Source of the DNA: Candidatus Thorarchaeota archaeon
GTDB taxonomy: Archaea; Asgardarchaeota; Heimdallarchaeia; Hodarchaeales; Hodarchaeaceae
NCBI GenBank assembly: GCA_048882505.1
Contig: JBHLRO010000016.1
Span: 62,554-94,553, forward strand
DNA length: 32,000 bases
Reading direction: 5' to 3'
Of the stretch, positions 7,202 through 17,600 are shown piece by piece. Within the stretch, counting starts at the first letter, position 1. The number at the start of each line of letters is the position of its first letter. The position numbers and the translations under genes are program-made. Under the pieces are notes generated by a model, which was not told the origin of the DNA, searched no databases, and was given only the letters and a program-made list of their open reading frames with translations.

Positions 7202-8296
7202 TCAACAAATTGCCAGATCAGTCTTGTTTTGTCCAGAAAAAGATTCCATTAGGGGTTTTGCCATGACTAGGTAATGTTCTCGAAGTGTAAATTCCGCGAT
7301 ATCCAAGATTCTTGCGATATGCTTTTGTGTCAATATTCCTCTTCGCGATTGTCGTGTGTAACATTGCGGAAAAAGAGAATGACGGGCCAGCAGGATATCC
7401 GATGCAACAATAATGGAAGCAGCGAGAATAAAGGGATTCCGGCCTCCCCGGGCTAGGAGAGGAAAATTCTGCAATAATTTTCTTGCACTTAGCCTCAAAC
7501 ATCTAAAATACTCACGTTGGTCTTTGATTCGCCTTGCAATTCGGCGAATAATACTTGGATCTCGCTCGAGACGAGATACTATATTTTCCAAATATTCCTC
7601 CGATTTCACATGACCTACCCGAATATGCACATGTTGTCTGATTAAGGCGGCTGCCTTTATGATATTCTTTCCTCTAATCAAGTATCCCTGGTTCTGTATC
7701 GCTGAAATCAATCGTGCTAGCTCAATATTTTCCTTTCTCGAACGTATTGCAAGGTATAATGAACCCAAAATAAGTTCTGAAAGCTTCAATTCCTTGTACA
7801 ATGAAAGATGGACTTTTTGATAGAGAAATATTGCATCAGCTTTAGCAGCATCTGTTATTTGAAGAGCAATACACATTCGAGTTAGGAGTTGATATGCTCG
7901 ATACTCTCTCTGTCTTCCTTGGAAATGAAGGTAAATATCATTTATAGATTTTAATCTTCGAAAATATCGCTTTGCAGAGATCTTAAGATTTTCTCCCTTC
8001 GCATCGTTTCTTAAACGTTTGCGATAACTACCCACATAAGTTCCTAACGTTTTCATGTTGCTTGGGCTTTCACTTATTGATGCATATTGGCTACCAAAGC
8101 TGTTTTCCGTATTTATTAACCGAATTGCTGGTTTTTCATATATCTGGTTTGCCACTAGCCCGCAGGCCATGCACACAACATCGGACTCGGTTTGTATGAG
8201 GTTTCCACCACATTCTAGGCATTTCGAGGTCACAATTTTCACCAAACATACCAAAATCAAACTTATATCTAAATAAAATACAGAAAGTGAGACCAA
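7202..8296 (-). CDS. tfb: Transcription initiation factor IIB (TFB) family, divergent paralog; probable start GTG ~8242
   Basis: Zn ribbon CLECGG...VCMACGLV, two cyclin-like repeats (GRNPFILAASII), C-terminal HTH LTQKHIARILDIAEFTLREHY. Confidence 0.8.
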   Translation of the reverse strand: MVSLSVFYLDISLILVCLVKIVTSKCLECGGNLIQTESDVVCMACGLVANQIYEKPAIRLINTENSFGSQYASISESPSNMKTLGTYVGSYRKRLRNDAKGENLKISAKRYFRRLKSINDIYLHFQGRQREYRAYQLLTRMCIALQITDAAKADAIFLYQKVHLSLYKELKLSELILGSLYLAIRSRKENIELARLISAIQNQGYLIRGKNIIKAAALIRQHVHIRVGHVKSEEYLENIVSRLERDPSIIRRIARRIKDQREYFRCLRLSARKLLQNFPLLARGGRNPFILAASIIVASDILLARHSLFPQCYTRQSRRGILTQKHIARILDIAEFTLREHYLVMAKPLMESFSGQNKTDLAIC

Positions 8297-8675
8297 AGTG
8301 AAAGCGACCGAAAAATGAAGTTGATATGAAAGAAAAAACCTGGTAATACAGAAGCCTAAATATCAAATACCATTACATACAGATATTAGAGAAATATTAC
8401 TGTATTACATTCTTTTCAAACCTAAGAAAGTCCCATTCTCGCCCTACAGATTACATTATCAAATTAACGGACAGTTTTTCATGTAAAGGGATGGTTCTGG
8501 GCTTGAAGAGAGTCTTATAGTAGGATAAGGTGAAAATCTGCATATTAACAATTTGGATCTCTGTCCTGGAGGCATTTGGTTGTAGTAAAGCAAGACAAAT
8601 TTAAAATGAAAATAAAGGATCTTGAGTAAAGCTTAAAATTGACTAAATAGCCAGATTATAGACTGAGGCGTCTCA

Positions 8676-9302
8676 TTGACAAAAAAACGCGATGTCCAAT
8701 CAAGACGAGGCCAAAAGAAAAAAACACAAAGGTACATTAACTATGGCGAATGTGTTGTAGTAGATTTTTATCCTCATGGAAAATCTTTAGGCCACGATCG
8801 GGTAGAAGAAGACAATCCATTAGCTGTGGTAATTACAAACAGATGGTTTCAATTGTTTGATGTAGTAGCCACATCTAATTTGAAATTAAAAGTTTTAGAT
8901 CATCTTATACTGACAACAAAAAACAAAGAGATCATATTTTTTCGACAAATACCATTCAAACAACTCTCAAATTCCGCGTTGGCTGTGCTACCAAAAATCC
9001 TTAACGATATTGTCTTTCGCTCCGAATCACGCTTCGTCTCATTCTTTAACAAAGCCCAACCTCTAACAAGTCAGATGCACCAACTGCAGTTGTTGCCTGG
9101 AATCGGACAAAAAAGAATGTGGGCGATACTTGGGGCGAGAAAAAATAGATTTTTCACCTCTTTTGCTGATTTCACTAGTCGAACGGGGATTTCAGATCCA
9201 ACTTCCATTCTTGTTGGTCGCGTTTTCGCTGAATTGGAGAATAAACCAAAGTACAGATTGTTTACAAAAGAATTTAAAGGGACAAGATCTGATTTAGGTT
9301 GA
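8676..9302 (+). CDS. DUF655 putative RNA-binding protein
   Basis: VVDFYPHG, LTSQMHQLQLLPGIGQKRMWAIL (HhH), KYRLF; conserved archaeal neighbour of ksgA. Confidence 0.85.
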   Translation: MTKKRDVQSRRGQKKKTQRYINYGECVVVDFYPHGKSLGHDRVEEDNPLAVVITNRWFQLFDVVATSNLKLKVLDHLILTTKNKEIIFFRQIPFKQLSNSALAVLPKILNDIVFRSESRFVSFFNKAQPLTSQMHQLQLLPGIGQKRMWAILGARKNRFFTSFADFTSRTGISDPTSILVGRVFAELENKPKYRLFTKEFKGTRSDLG

Positions 9303-10174
9303 AATTCACAAAGATGTTAATAGAGGGAGACCTAAAAGGCTATACTAAAATGATGATAAGAAAATATGCTATCTCTCCCCAGAAAAAATTGTCACAAAAC
9401 TTTGTAGTAAAAAAGAAAGTTATAGATGCAATTCTTGCAGGAGTAGCCTTGAAATCTTCAGATAAAGTCGTCGAGGTTGGAGGTGGACTGGGGACCCTAA
9501 CCTACTTTCTTCTCAATGGGTGTACCGAGGTTCTAACTTATGAAATTGATCCTCTTCTTTCGACTATTATTGTAAAAAACTTTATAGATCAGGCAAAAAA
9601 GTTAACTGTTGTATCTAATGATTTTTTAAAACAAAAAATCCCCGTCTATCCAAAACTAGTTGCCAATCTTCCATATAACATTTCTTCGCCGTTTATTAAG
9701 AAAATTACTACTTTAGATATCCCCCCACAGACCATTGCTGTTACAGTACAGAATGAATTCGCAAGACATCTCTGTGCAAAAGCAGGGGATGCCCATTATA
9801 GTCGCATTTCAGTGCTTCCTTCTTTTTTCTATAACTTCGAAATAAGAGAAACTTTCAACTCAAATTGTTTCTACCCCCAACCCAAGGTTAAATCAAGTCT
9901 GGTAATAGGTAAACGTACAAAACATATCCCTCCTCAGGTAAAAGAAACATCTTTTTTCACCTTTCTCACGAATCTATTTTGTCGGAAACATAAGAAAGTG
10001 AAAAACAATCTCTTGGTATACAAAAATTCGATTGATGATTCACAAAGGAAACAGTTCAAAAGTCAGCTCAAAAACCTAGAATTTTCGACTTTCCAAACCT
10101 TGAATCTCTCCCCAGAACAGATTTTAGGCCTTTATATACAATTCAAAGAGATGATGACCGAGCTTCAGAAATGA
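9299..10174 (+). CDS. ksgA: 16S rRNA m6,2A dimethyltransferase (KsgA/Dim1)
   Basis: KKLSQNF, VVEVGGGLG, YEID, VANLPYNISSP, FYPQPKVKS; 4-nt overlap with DUF655. Confidence 0.9.
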   Translation: MKFTKMLIEGDLKGYTKMMIRKYAISPQKKLSQNFVVKKKVIDAILAGVALKSSDKVVEVGGGLGTLTYFLLNGCTEVLTYEIDPLLSTIIVKNFIDQAKKLTVVSNDFLKQKIPVYPKLVANLPYNISSPFIKKITTLDIPPQTIAVTVQNEFARHLCAKAGDAHYSRISVLPSFFYNFEIRETFNSNCFYPQPKVKSSLVIGKRTKHIPPQVKETSFFTFLTNLFCRKHKKVKNNLLVYKNSIDDSQRKQFKSQLKNLEFSTFQTLNLSPEQILGLYIQFKEMMTELQK

Positions 10175-10190
10175 ATTGGTTTCAAATTTT

Positions 10191-10547
10191 TCAGGGAATA
10201 AACGGGTAGATTAGAGGAAGATTTGCTAGAATAAAGGGGACTGTGACCACAAGGAAAATGATTCCAGTTACCACCAAATTATACTCAAAATCCTTCTTAT
10301 GACGTAATAATTTATCTCCAAGTTGGATAATGAACACTGTTAGAGAGATGGCACGAACCAACCACGCCACCAGCACAAGAATTGTCCAAAAAAGAAGGTC
10401 ACCTGATTCAAGTAATAATTGCCAGCCGTGGATATATTCCTCCCATTGGCTTGTGATAAAAAGAAAGTTCATCATTTCCGTAAAGAAATCCCTCAAATTG
10501 CTTTTATACTCCCTAGTAATCTCTAAAAAAGCAATCAAGACTAGCAA
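10191..10547 (-). CDS. Hypothetical membrane protein (2 predicted TM helices)
   Basis: 118-aa ORF with hydrophobic segments LLFWTILVLVAWLVRAISLTVFII and LVVTGIIFLVVTVPFILA; fills the intergenic gap. Confidence 0.5.
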   Translation of the reverse strand: MLVLIAFLEITREYKSNLRDFFTEMMNFLFITSQWEEYIHGWQLLLESGDLLFWTILVLVAWLVRAISLTVFIIQLGDKLLRHKKDFEYNLVVTGIIFLVVTVPFILANLPLIYPFIP

Positions 10548-10697
10548 AAAGATTTAAAGATAACTTCGGTGAGGGTAATTTGAGTAAAATTCCTCTCTAG
10601 TGGAATTTTTGATGAAATAAGAAGAAAATCTCTAATTTTTTAGAACATAAACCGTTCTAATGAGAGAAAATTATATTGTATTATACGGTGATAATCT

Positions 10698-11495
10698 GTG
10701 GAACTAGAGATTATCGATCAGCATGAGAACTATCTTAAATTTGTACTTTCCGGCATTACTCCGACTTTTGCCAATACTTTACGTCGGATGGTTATGAGTA
10801 ACGTTCCCACGATGGCAATTGATGAAGTAATTATTATTGAAAATACAACACCTCTTTATGACGAAATAATCTCACACCGTTTGGGGCTTCTCCCTCTTAA
10901 AACGGATTTAGACAGTTATGTGGTCCCTGAAGAATGCACCTGTGGAGGGCAGGGGTGTACTTCGTGCGAAGTTTCTTTGACCCTTGAAAAATCTGGAGAA
11001 CTAGAGGTAGAAACTGTCTATTCCAGTGATTTACTGTCCCAAGATCCGAAAATAGTTCCAGTTTATCCGAATATACCAATCCTCAAGATGGCCAAGGATC
11101 AAAAAATCTTTTTAGAGGCTATTGCGCGACTTGGTCACGGTTTACGTCATGCAAAATGGCAACCTGTATCCACTGTGGCATATAAATATTTTCCAAACGT
11201 TCGTTTTAATCTAAATTGCACTTATTGTAATGATTGTGTCATCGCTTGCCCCCCAAGAATAATAAAAATCGAAGATGAGAAAATTTTTGTTACAAATGAG
11301 CTTGAGTGTACGCTCTGCAATCAATGTGTTGACGTCTGCGAAGTAGACGCTGTGACCGTCTCGACAACTGAAGAGGATTTTATTTTCACTATAGAGAGTA
11401 CAGGTTCACTTGGTATCAAAAATATATTAAATAAATCTCTAGAATTGCTTAAAAAGAAAGCAGAAGAATTTAAAGTTCATGTTGATGAATTCTAA
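10698..11495 (+). CDS. rpoD: DNA-directed RNA polymerase subunit D (Rpo3) with ferredoxin-like Fe-S domain
   Basis: ANTLRRMVMSNVPTMAID, HRLGLLPL, HAKWQP; CxxCxxCxxxC motifs CTYCNDCVIAC and CTLCNQCVDVC; SD-like GGTGA before the GTG. Confidence 0.95.
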   Translation: MELEIIDQHENYLKFVLSGITPTFANTLRRMVMSNVPTMAIDEVIIIENTTPLYDEIISHRLGLLPLKTDLDSYVVPEECTCGGQGCTSCEVSLTLEKSGELEVETVYSSDLLSQDPKIVPVYPNIPILKMAKDQKIFLEAIARLGHGLRHAKWQPVSTVAYKYFPNVRFNLNCTYCNDCVIACPPRIIKIEDEKIFVTNELECTLCNQCVDVCEVDAVTVSTTEEDFIFTIESTGSLGIKNILNKSLELLKKKAEEFKVHVDEF

Positions 11496-11871
11496 GGCCG
11501 AGATATCATTGAAAAAATCCAATATGACAGATCCAAACCGTTTAGCCCTCATTCGTTATTTAAGGAAGTTAAGTCAGGAAAAAAGCGGCCGCATATGGGC
11601 GGTATTGGCATCTGAATTGTCTAAACCAAATAAAAGACGTATTACTGTGAATCTATCCCGTCTAAATAGGTTAACTTCCCCCGATGAAGTTGTATTGGTA
11701 CCTGGTAAAGTCCTGGCAGGTGGAGCGCTTGAACACAAACTAGAAATTGCTGCCGAATCATTTTCCTCAGCAGCACGAGAAAAAATCAGAGTAAACGGTG
11801 GCCAATGCCTTTCTATTATAGAACTGGTTAAAAGAAATCCAACTGGATCTAGCGTTAGGATGGTTAAATAA
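11479..11871 (+). CDS. rpl18e: 50S ribosomal protein L18e (eL18); alternative start ATG 11524
   Basis: VNLSRLNR...VLVPGKVLAGG motif; follows rpoD as in other archaea. Confidence 0.93.
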   Translation: MLMNSKAEISLKKSNMTDPNRLALIRYLRKLSQEKSGRIWAVLASELSKPNKRRITVNLSRLNRLTSPDEVVLVPGKVLAGGALEHKLEIAAESFSSAAREKIRVNGGQCLSIIELVKRNPTGSSVRMVK

Positions 11872-11893
11872 ACGCACGCGCGAGGTAATAGAA

Positions 11894-12331
11894 ATGAAGA
11901 ATCTATTAGAAGAAAATGCTAGCATCATTAATGCGGAAAATACAGTTCTTGGTAGGTTGGCAAGCATCGTTGCAAAGCGATTGCTAAATGGTGAAAGAAT
12001 TATTATTACTAACGCTGATAAAATCCTAATTTCTGGTAATCACAGGGCAAATGTCCAAAAATATCAGCAAAGACGCAAAATAAGAACCAAATCCAATCCC
12101 CTTCGCGGCCCTTTCTACCCTCGTCAAAGCGATCAGATCGTCAGGCGAACGATACGAGGGATGTTACCACACCAGAAAGGCCGAGGAAAGGATGCCTACA
12201 ATCGATTGCTAGTGTTCAAAGATGTTCCTGCTGCCCTGAGCGAAAATACATTTGAAGAGATTCCTGAGGTAAAGAATTTTAACCCCAAATCTCCATACCT
12301 CACATTGAGAGAATTAAGTTCAAAAATCTGA
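11894..12331 (+). CDS. rpl13: 50S ribosomal protein L13 (uL13)
   Basis: LGRLASIVAKRLLNGE, GPFYPR, RRTIRGMLP; SD-like GAGGT. Confidence 0.95.
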   Translation: MKNLLEENASIINAENTVLGRLASIVAKRLLNGERIIITNADKILISGNHRANVQKYQQRRKIRTKSNPLRGPFYPRQSDQIVRRTIRGMLPHQKGRGKDAYNRLLVFKDVPAALSENTFEEIPEVKNFNPKSPYLTLRELSSKI

Positions 12332-12342
12332 GGATTCTTGTT

Positions 12343-12744
12343 ATGAAAAGCATCTTAAGAAGTGGCAAACGGCGGACAGCAATTGCTCGGGCAATAATCA
12401 AATCAGGCACTGGTCGTATTTTGATAAATGGAACACCGATTGAGATTATGGAGCCAGAAATTGTGCGTATGAAGCTGCAAGAACCTCTCTATTTTCTAGA
12501 TACGAAAACGCGGGAGAGTTTCGATATCAAGGTGAAAATTCAGGGAGGCGGACTTATGGGACAAGCAGAAGCTGCGAGAACGGCGATTGCTCGGGTTCTT
12601 CTCTCATGGACTGAATCAGAGCAATTGCGCGAAGCCTATACTCAATATGATCGTCATATGATTGTTGGTGATCCACGACGTCGGGAACCCAAGCATTTCG
12701 GGGGCCCAGGGGCTCGGGCAAAGTACACCAAAAGTTATCGATAG
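12343..12744 (+). CDS. rps9: 30S ribosomal protein S9 (uS9)
   Basis: SGKRRTAIARA, GGGLMGQAEAARTAIAR, DPRRREPKHFGGPGARAKYTKSYR. Confidence 0.96.
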   Translation: MKSILRSGKRRTAIARAIIKSGTGRILINGTPIEIMEPEIVRMKLQEPLYFLDTKTRESFDIKVKIQGGGLMGQAEAARTAIARVLLSWTESEQLREAYTQYDRHMIVGDPRRREPKHFGGPGARAKYTKSYR

Positions 12745-12853
12745 GATTTCAAGGATAGTTGAAGGGAGTCTGTGCGTCAAAAGGCCGCCACATTGCATAA
12801 AACTTATTTACAATTGCAGAAACATGGCTTGGTGTTCAAAGATTTAACAGTAA

Positions 12854-12958
12854 GGGCCCATGGCTTAGTCTAACGGGTTCGAGAACCCTTAGGAGAAGCC
12901 TGGTTAAAGCGCTCGGCTGATAACCGAGAGATCCCCGGTTCAAATCCGGGTGGGCCCA
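12854..12958 (+). tRNA. tRNA-Ile(GAT) with a 30-nt D-loop intron at 15/16 (12869-12898)
   Basis: Acceptor GGGCCCA/TGGGCCC, anticodon arm CTCGG-CT GAT AA-CCGAG, T-arm CCCGG-TTCAAAT-CCGGG. Removing the insert restores the D-loop AGCCTGGTTA. Relaxed BHB with inner hairpin CTAA/TTAG plus GGGTT/AACCC. Confidence 0.9.
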
Positions 12959-12967
12959 TATATCTAC

Positions 12968-12974
12968 TTTTTTT
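12968..12974 (+). terminator. Oligo-T tract, probable archaeal terminator for the rps9/tRNA-Ile transcript
   Basis: T7 run 9 nt after the tRNA end; the next gene is convergent. Confidence 0.45.
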
Positions 12975-13103
12975 CAATGAAATATTTAATCCAAGCCAAA
13001 AACATGCCGCAGGAGTAGCCAAGCAAACTCGATTCCAATTTGATACGCATATAAGGCTTCTGCTTAAGGTGAGGTGGAAGGATCTTCAGAAATTCTTCAT
13101 TTT

Positions 13104-14465
13104 CTACATTACTCTAAAAGGGGAAGATTCTTCATTTCTCGAGATTTCTTTGAGAAATATCAATTCGGAATTGGCAGTACTCGGTCCATTTTGGTTTTCA
13201 GATTCGTTGAATTGTAATTTGAATAGTTGAAGGGTCAGTGAAGTGATCTGAGAGGAAGTTAATCTTGAAGATGAAAGTTGAGTTAATTGGGCGAAGATAC
13301 AAATGAGTTGCTGGAGCGACAATTGGCGTTTTAGCTCGGAAAGTAGGTAGCTCTGCTTAGATCCATCCCTTTCTTCGATAATAGTCTCTAGGATCGAAAG
13401 GAAATTGGGACTACGCACTAATTTCAGACAAAACATGGATCTACGATGACATTTCTTTATTCTTTCGTTTAAAGGAATTTCTGGAGATTTAGGAAGATTA
13501 CACATTTCGGCACATATTTGATTCATCTTTTCTGCTGAAACGAGGTTCATTTCGTTAAGTATAGGTCGGGATAATTCATTTTGATCATCTTCGGGTACTT
13601 GACGATGACCAAGGGATTCCTGTTCTAAGGAAACTACCCCGTCTACTGTTGAATCTACTTTATGAGGAGTAAAATTATGACCAAGTTCTGAAGATGCCAT
13701 CAATATTGTTCTAATATATTGGACACCTTTTTCAAAGCTGATTTTTGATCCTTCATATACCAAATATCTCAACCTGAGCTTAACCAGCTCTGAAGGACTC
13801 AATATTGATTTTGTGTTGTATAATGCCGGATTAAAAGCTATTCTGCCAAGATACTCAAAGAAAGAACTGGCAGGAAACTTTGCAAGATGATAGATCTGAG
13901 TATTGCCCTTGTCTCCTTGATTAGTCTTAGACGATTGTGAAGAATCCGTGGAGTAGACTAATACGGTACTTGGAGAGTAATGTGATTCCTTTTCGTTTAT
14001 TGACTCATATCGTGGTATTAAAAAAGAACCCCCCTCCTTAAGAAAATGTCTCCCGCCGATCTTACAGATTTTTCTTGATTTGAGATCTCTAACGAGATCG
14101 CGCTCCGATTCAGGGCTGATGTCGGGAAAAATGGTATCTAAAATCGCTGAGTTGCTATTAATTCGGTCTATTAGCTCCCCGTAAGAACTTGCATACAGCA
14201 TTAACCTGATGACCTTCTTGTCAGAGTTTATCTCGATGGTGAATATTTGGAGATGCTGTAATTGGCTTAACTCATTTAACTGAATTCCATCTAAGGAATA
14301 ACTCACATAAAAGGCCATCCAAAGATTGTGTTTAGGGATGAAAACAATCCCTCTTCCCCTTATGGAAAAATCAATGGAAAATGAACTTCTGATGAATATT
14401 TGGAGTATCTCATATAAGAGTAATCCAGAGAGGATCAACGCGGGGATATAATGGAGCGGATTCAT
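13104..14465 (-). CDS. Hypothetical protein with an N-terminal membrane anchor (453 aa)
   Basis: Long ORF; hydrophobic N-terminus YIPALILSGLLLYEILQIFI; Cys-rich C-terminal patch CAEMC...C...C. Confidence 0.75.
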   Translation of the reverse strand: MNPLHYIPALILSGLLLYEILQIFIRSSFSIDFSIRGRGIVFIPKHNLWMAFYVSYSLDGIQLNELSQLQHLQIFTIEINSDKKVIRLMLYASSYGELIDRINSNSAILDTIFPDISPESERDLVRDLKSRKICKIGGRHFLKEGGSFLIPRYESINEKESHYSPSTVLVYSTDSSQSSKTNQGDKGNTQIYHLAKFPASSFFEYLGRIAFNPALYNTKSILSPSELVKLRLRYLVYEGSKISFEKGVQYIRTILMASSELGHNFTPHKVDSTVDGVVSLEQESLGHRQVPEDDQNELSRPILNEMNLVSAEKMNQICAEMCNLPKSPEIPLNERIKKCHRRSMFCLKLVRSPNFLSILETIIEERDGSKQSYLLSELKRQLSLQQLICIFAQLTQLSSSRLTSSQITSLTLQLFKLQFNESENQNGPSTANSELIFLKEISRNEESSPFRVM

Positions 14466-14514
14466 GAGATTTTTTCTCCTCTTAAAACACTTCGTAAATC
14501 CATACGGAAAGACA

Positions 14515-14530
14515 AAGGTTTTAAAACCTT
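14515..14530. promoter_or_regulatory. Perfect 16-bp intergenic palindrome, candidate operator
   Basis: AAGGTTTT|AAAACCTT, ~50 nt upstream of the 453-aa gene start. Confidence 0.25.
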
Positions 14531-14607
14531 GATTTGTATTTTAAGCTGCCAGTTAGCCACCATTTGGAGAATTCCCGCATCGATACCATTACTGGATTTG
14601 AAATCAT

Positions 14608-17600
14608 TTAGGTCTGTAGAATCGACATTCGTCTTCTTTTGATAAAATTCATGAGGAAAAGCCCTCCTAGGATTAGTATAGTGATGATCGTCGGGGTGAG
14701 ATATTCTAAATCCGTTAGAAGTGAAGATGGGTTATAAACCAAAAGTTCCATCAGGGTGTTGGTAATATTAACAGTGTTTATATTCCCCGCCCAGTCCATA
14801 GCTTTCAGACTAACGTTTTTAGAGAGAAAACTAGTTACTGGGATACTGAATACGTGGTAATTCGTGGTTAAGTTATTGGAAACCATTCTTCTACCGTTAT
14901 CCATAACTGAGACGTTTCTAATCCCTGAAGCCCGCTCAGGTTCAAATACAAAGGTATTAATCCTAATAAATTCGTCTGAAGCTTCAATTGAATATTTCAA
15001 CACCGGCATATATGGGTCTGTAATAGTGAAAGATTGTTCTCTGCTCCTGACAATGAACGTAGAGGAATACTCTACTTCTAATCTTATGGATACTGTTGAA
15101 TTCCAATTTTGGGGAGGTAAATGGGCTTCCACAAGAGTAGATCCGTTTGAAAATGTTTTATAACTCGTATTGAAACAGTTTAGTGAGTAGTGGCCTAATG
15201 AATAAATTACGGAGTACGAAAAATCAAGCGGGGAATGGAACAACCAGCTTCCCTTAATGGTTTCATTGTAAAAATAATTTCCCTGAAACGATTCCAACAC
15301 ATTGACGTTTAGATCAGCTAAGTATCCTTCCATATAATAGTTAATTGGAAGGCCTCCAATGATGTTAAGTCGTGATATGGAAATTTGGGTACCTTTAATG
15401 TTGATGGAGGTGGTTGAGGTAATGTCTCGGCCTAAAGTATCAAGGAGAGAGAGATTTAGAGGGATAAATCCCAAAAAACTAAGATCTAGACTTATTGTAA
15501 AGTTATTTACAGTTATAACAGAATCTAAGCTGATTTCGACCCGGAATTTCTCAGAAAATTCCACTAGGGAAATATATGCAGTAGGACTAGGTAGTTCGAT
15601 TACCAGGATATCAGTTGAAGAAACATTTCCATCAAGATTCCAAGATAAAACGCCGCTTCTAGAGTTAACCCCTACTATATAGTAGTCTCTCAGAATGAAA
15701 GCTGTTTTCATTTTTAGACCATAGGATGGTAAAGGAGTATACCAGCTGGAATCATTTGTGGGATATTCAATGGCATAATAGACGAAGAAAGATCCGTTTG
15801 AACCAACAGGTGACCGAGACAGTTCATAAATGTCTGCACGGGTTCCATTGGTTGATAAAGTACCATTTAGTATTGTAAAAATGATGGTTTGGAACTTCAC
15901 GAGACTTTCTTCTAAAAACCCTCCTATTCCAACGTACAATCGGTCTTCGGTTATACCAAGGTTTGCTTTGAAATCGATATCTGCATATCCTGCGGAGTTT
16001 GTCTGTCTTTCGCATTCTACGGAATTATTAATCCAAATCTTCACAGTAAGCCCTTGCAATATCTGAAGAGTACCTCCTTCAGGAGGTTGAAGATATGAAT
16101 AAAGCCTGAATACTACAGAATCATTAATGTAAATTCCAGTATTGAGATTTTCAAAACTCCATACTATTGATGATGATAGAATTTCAAGATTGATTTGCTT
16201 CTTTGCGAAAAAATTGCTGGTATCTGACGCAAGAATAAAAACGCTTATGTTTCCTGGCGCCCACATTATATTAGTGATGTTTAAGACAAAATCCTTACGA
16301 GGGGTTTGTGAAAAAAGGAGATTAGTGTTTCCTTTTGTTAAAAGAACGAGAGAACTATTTGCTGTATATTTCACACTGCCCAAAAATAAACTCAAATTTA
16401 TGAATAAAGGTTCATATTGGTATATGGTCACATTTTGTTGGGTATGGAGTACAATCATTGCAAATTCATTTGATTCATGAATGATGATGTCTTGCTTATA
16501 GAAACCAAATTCCCAATTGCTGGTCCAATTAACTTCTAGACGTAATAGACCAATTGGAAATACTTCTGTTATAGGGACGTCCGGAAATGAAAAGGATCCA
16601 TTTATCATTGGAAGAGTGGATCGATTGTAAACGAAGGTATTGTTCAAAAGGTATAGATAGAGGGCACCTGCTAAAGGAAATATCAAATCCCCTTTTACAC
16701 GAAGTATATCATCTGTATTGAGATCCGTTGGGGCAATTATTTTGACAAGATAGTTAGGAGCAAAAGCCTCAAGTACTGTCGGATCTAAATACTTCCCTTC
16801 AACACGGTATTGTTTCCCAGTCAGATACATGTTCAATGATTTTGTAACATTGATACTGTACAATTGGGTGCTTGCGTTAAGAATGCGCGGATCAGTCCAA
16901 TCTGTGGGAAGAAAAATCAGAATTTTATTTTTTATCAAGTTTTCACTGATATCTGGCATGCACATTCTCAGAAAAATCTTAACATGAGTGGAATTCCAGT
17001 ATAAACCAGATGAAAAGGCAGGGCGGGTCTGGACTCGTGTTATTGTCACATTTAGATAGGTTTCCAAACTCTTATTCCAGGGTGAATTATCTTGGACAGA
17101 GAATGTAAAGTTGCCAGATAATGGAGAAATTGCGACCGATCCATTAGTAGAAAATACTTCTGTAGTATCAATAAAATAACTGAGGGAGCCATTTAAAGGT
17201 AGATTCTCTGTGTAATATTCTAAATTATCGATATCTAGGGTGAATTGAGGTGATACAAGGGTGAACAGGAAAAGTGAAAGCTTGACTGCTTTAAGTTCAG
17301 AGAATAAAGGGTGTTTGCTTTTGGAAAAACAGGTGTTAATCATCCATGAAATATTAATGGAAATATGTCGCCATGATGAAGGGAGCGACCCATTATATAA
17401 AATATAAAGAGAACTTGAAGCGTTTCTCAGAATAAGGGAGGGATCGGTTCCTATTGGTCTCGAAATGGTTTCATTAATTGGATCACCGGGAAGATTTCCC
17501 CCTTTTGATAAATAAAATGTGATTGAGGTACTATTAACGAATTCAAACTCCAAGCTCAAGGTAGGAGGAGAATCCTGAAGATTCTGACCAACGAAGGGCA

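Noticed and set aside
8372-8456. Three ATTACAT repeats upstream of tfb
   Set aside because: Irregular spacing (32 and 46 nt) in very AT-rich DNA; no CRISPR- or ORB-like structure.
14455-14607. Small ~33-aa ORFs in the gap between the 1191-aa and 453-aa genes
   Set aside because: Too short, with no motif or clear RBS.
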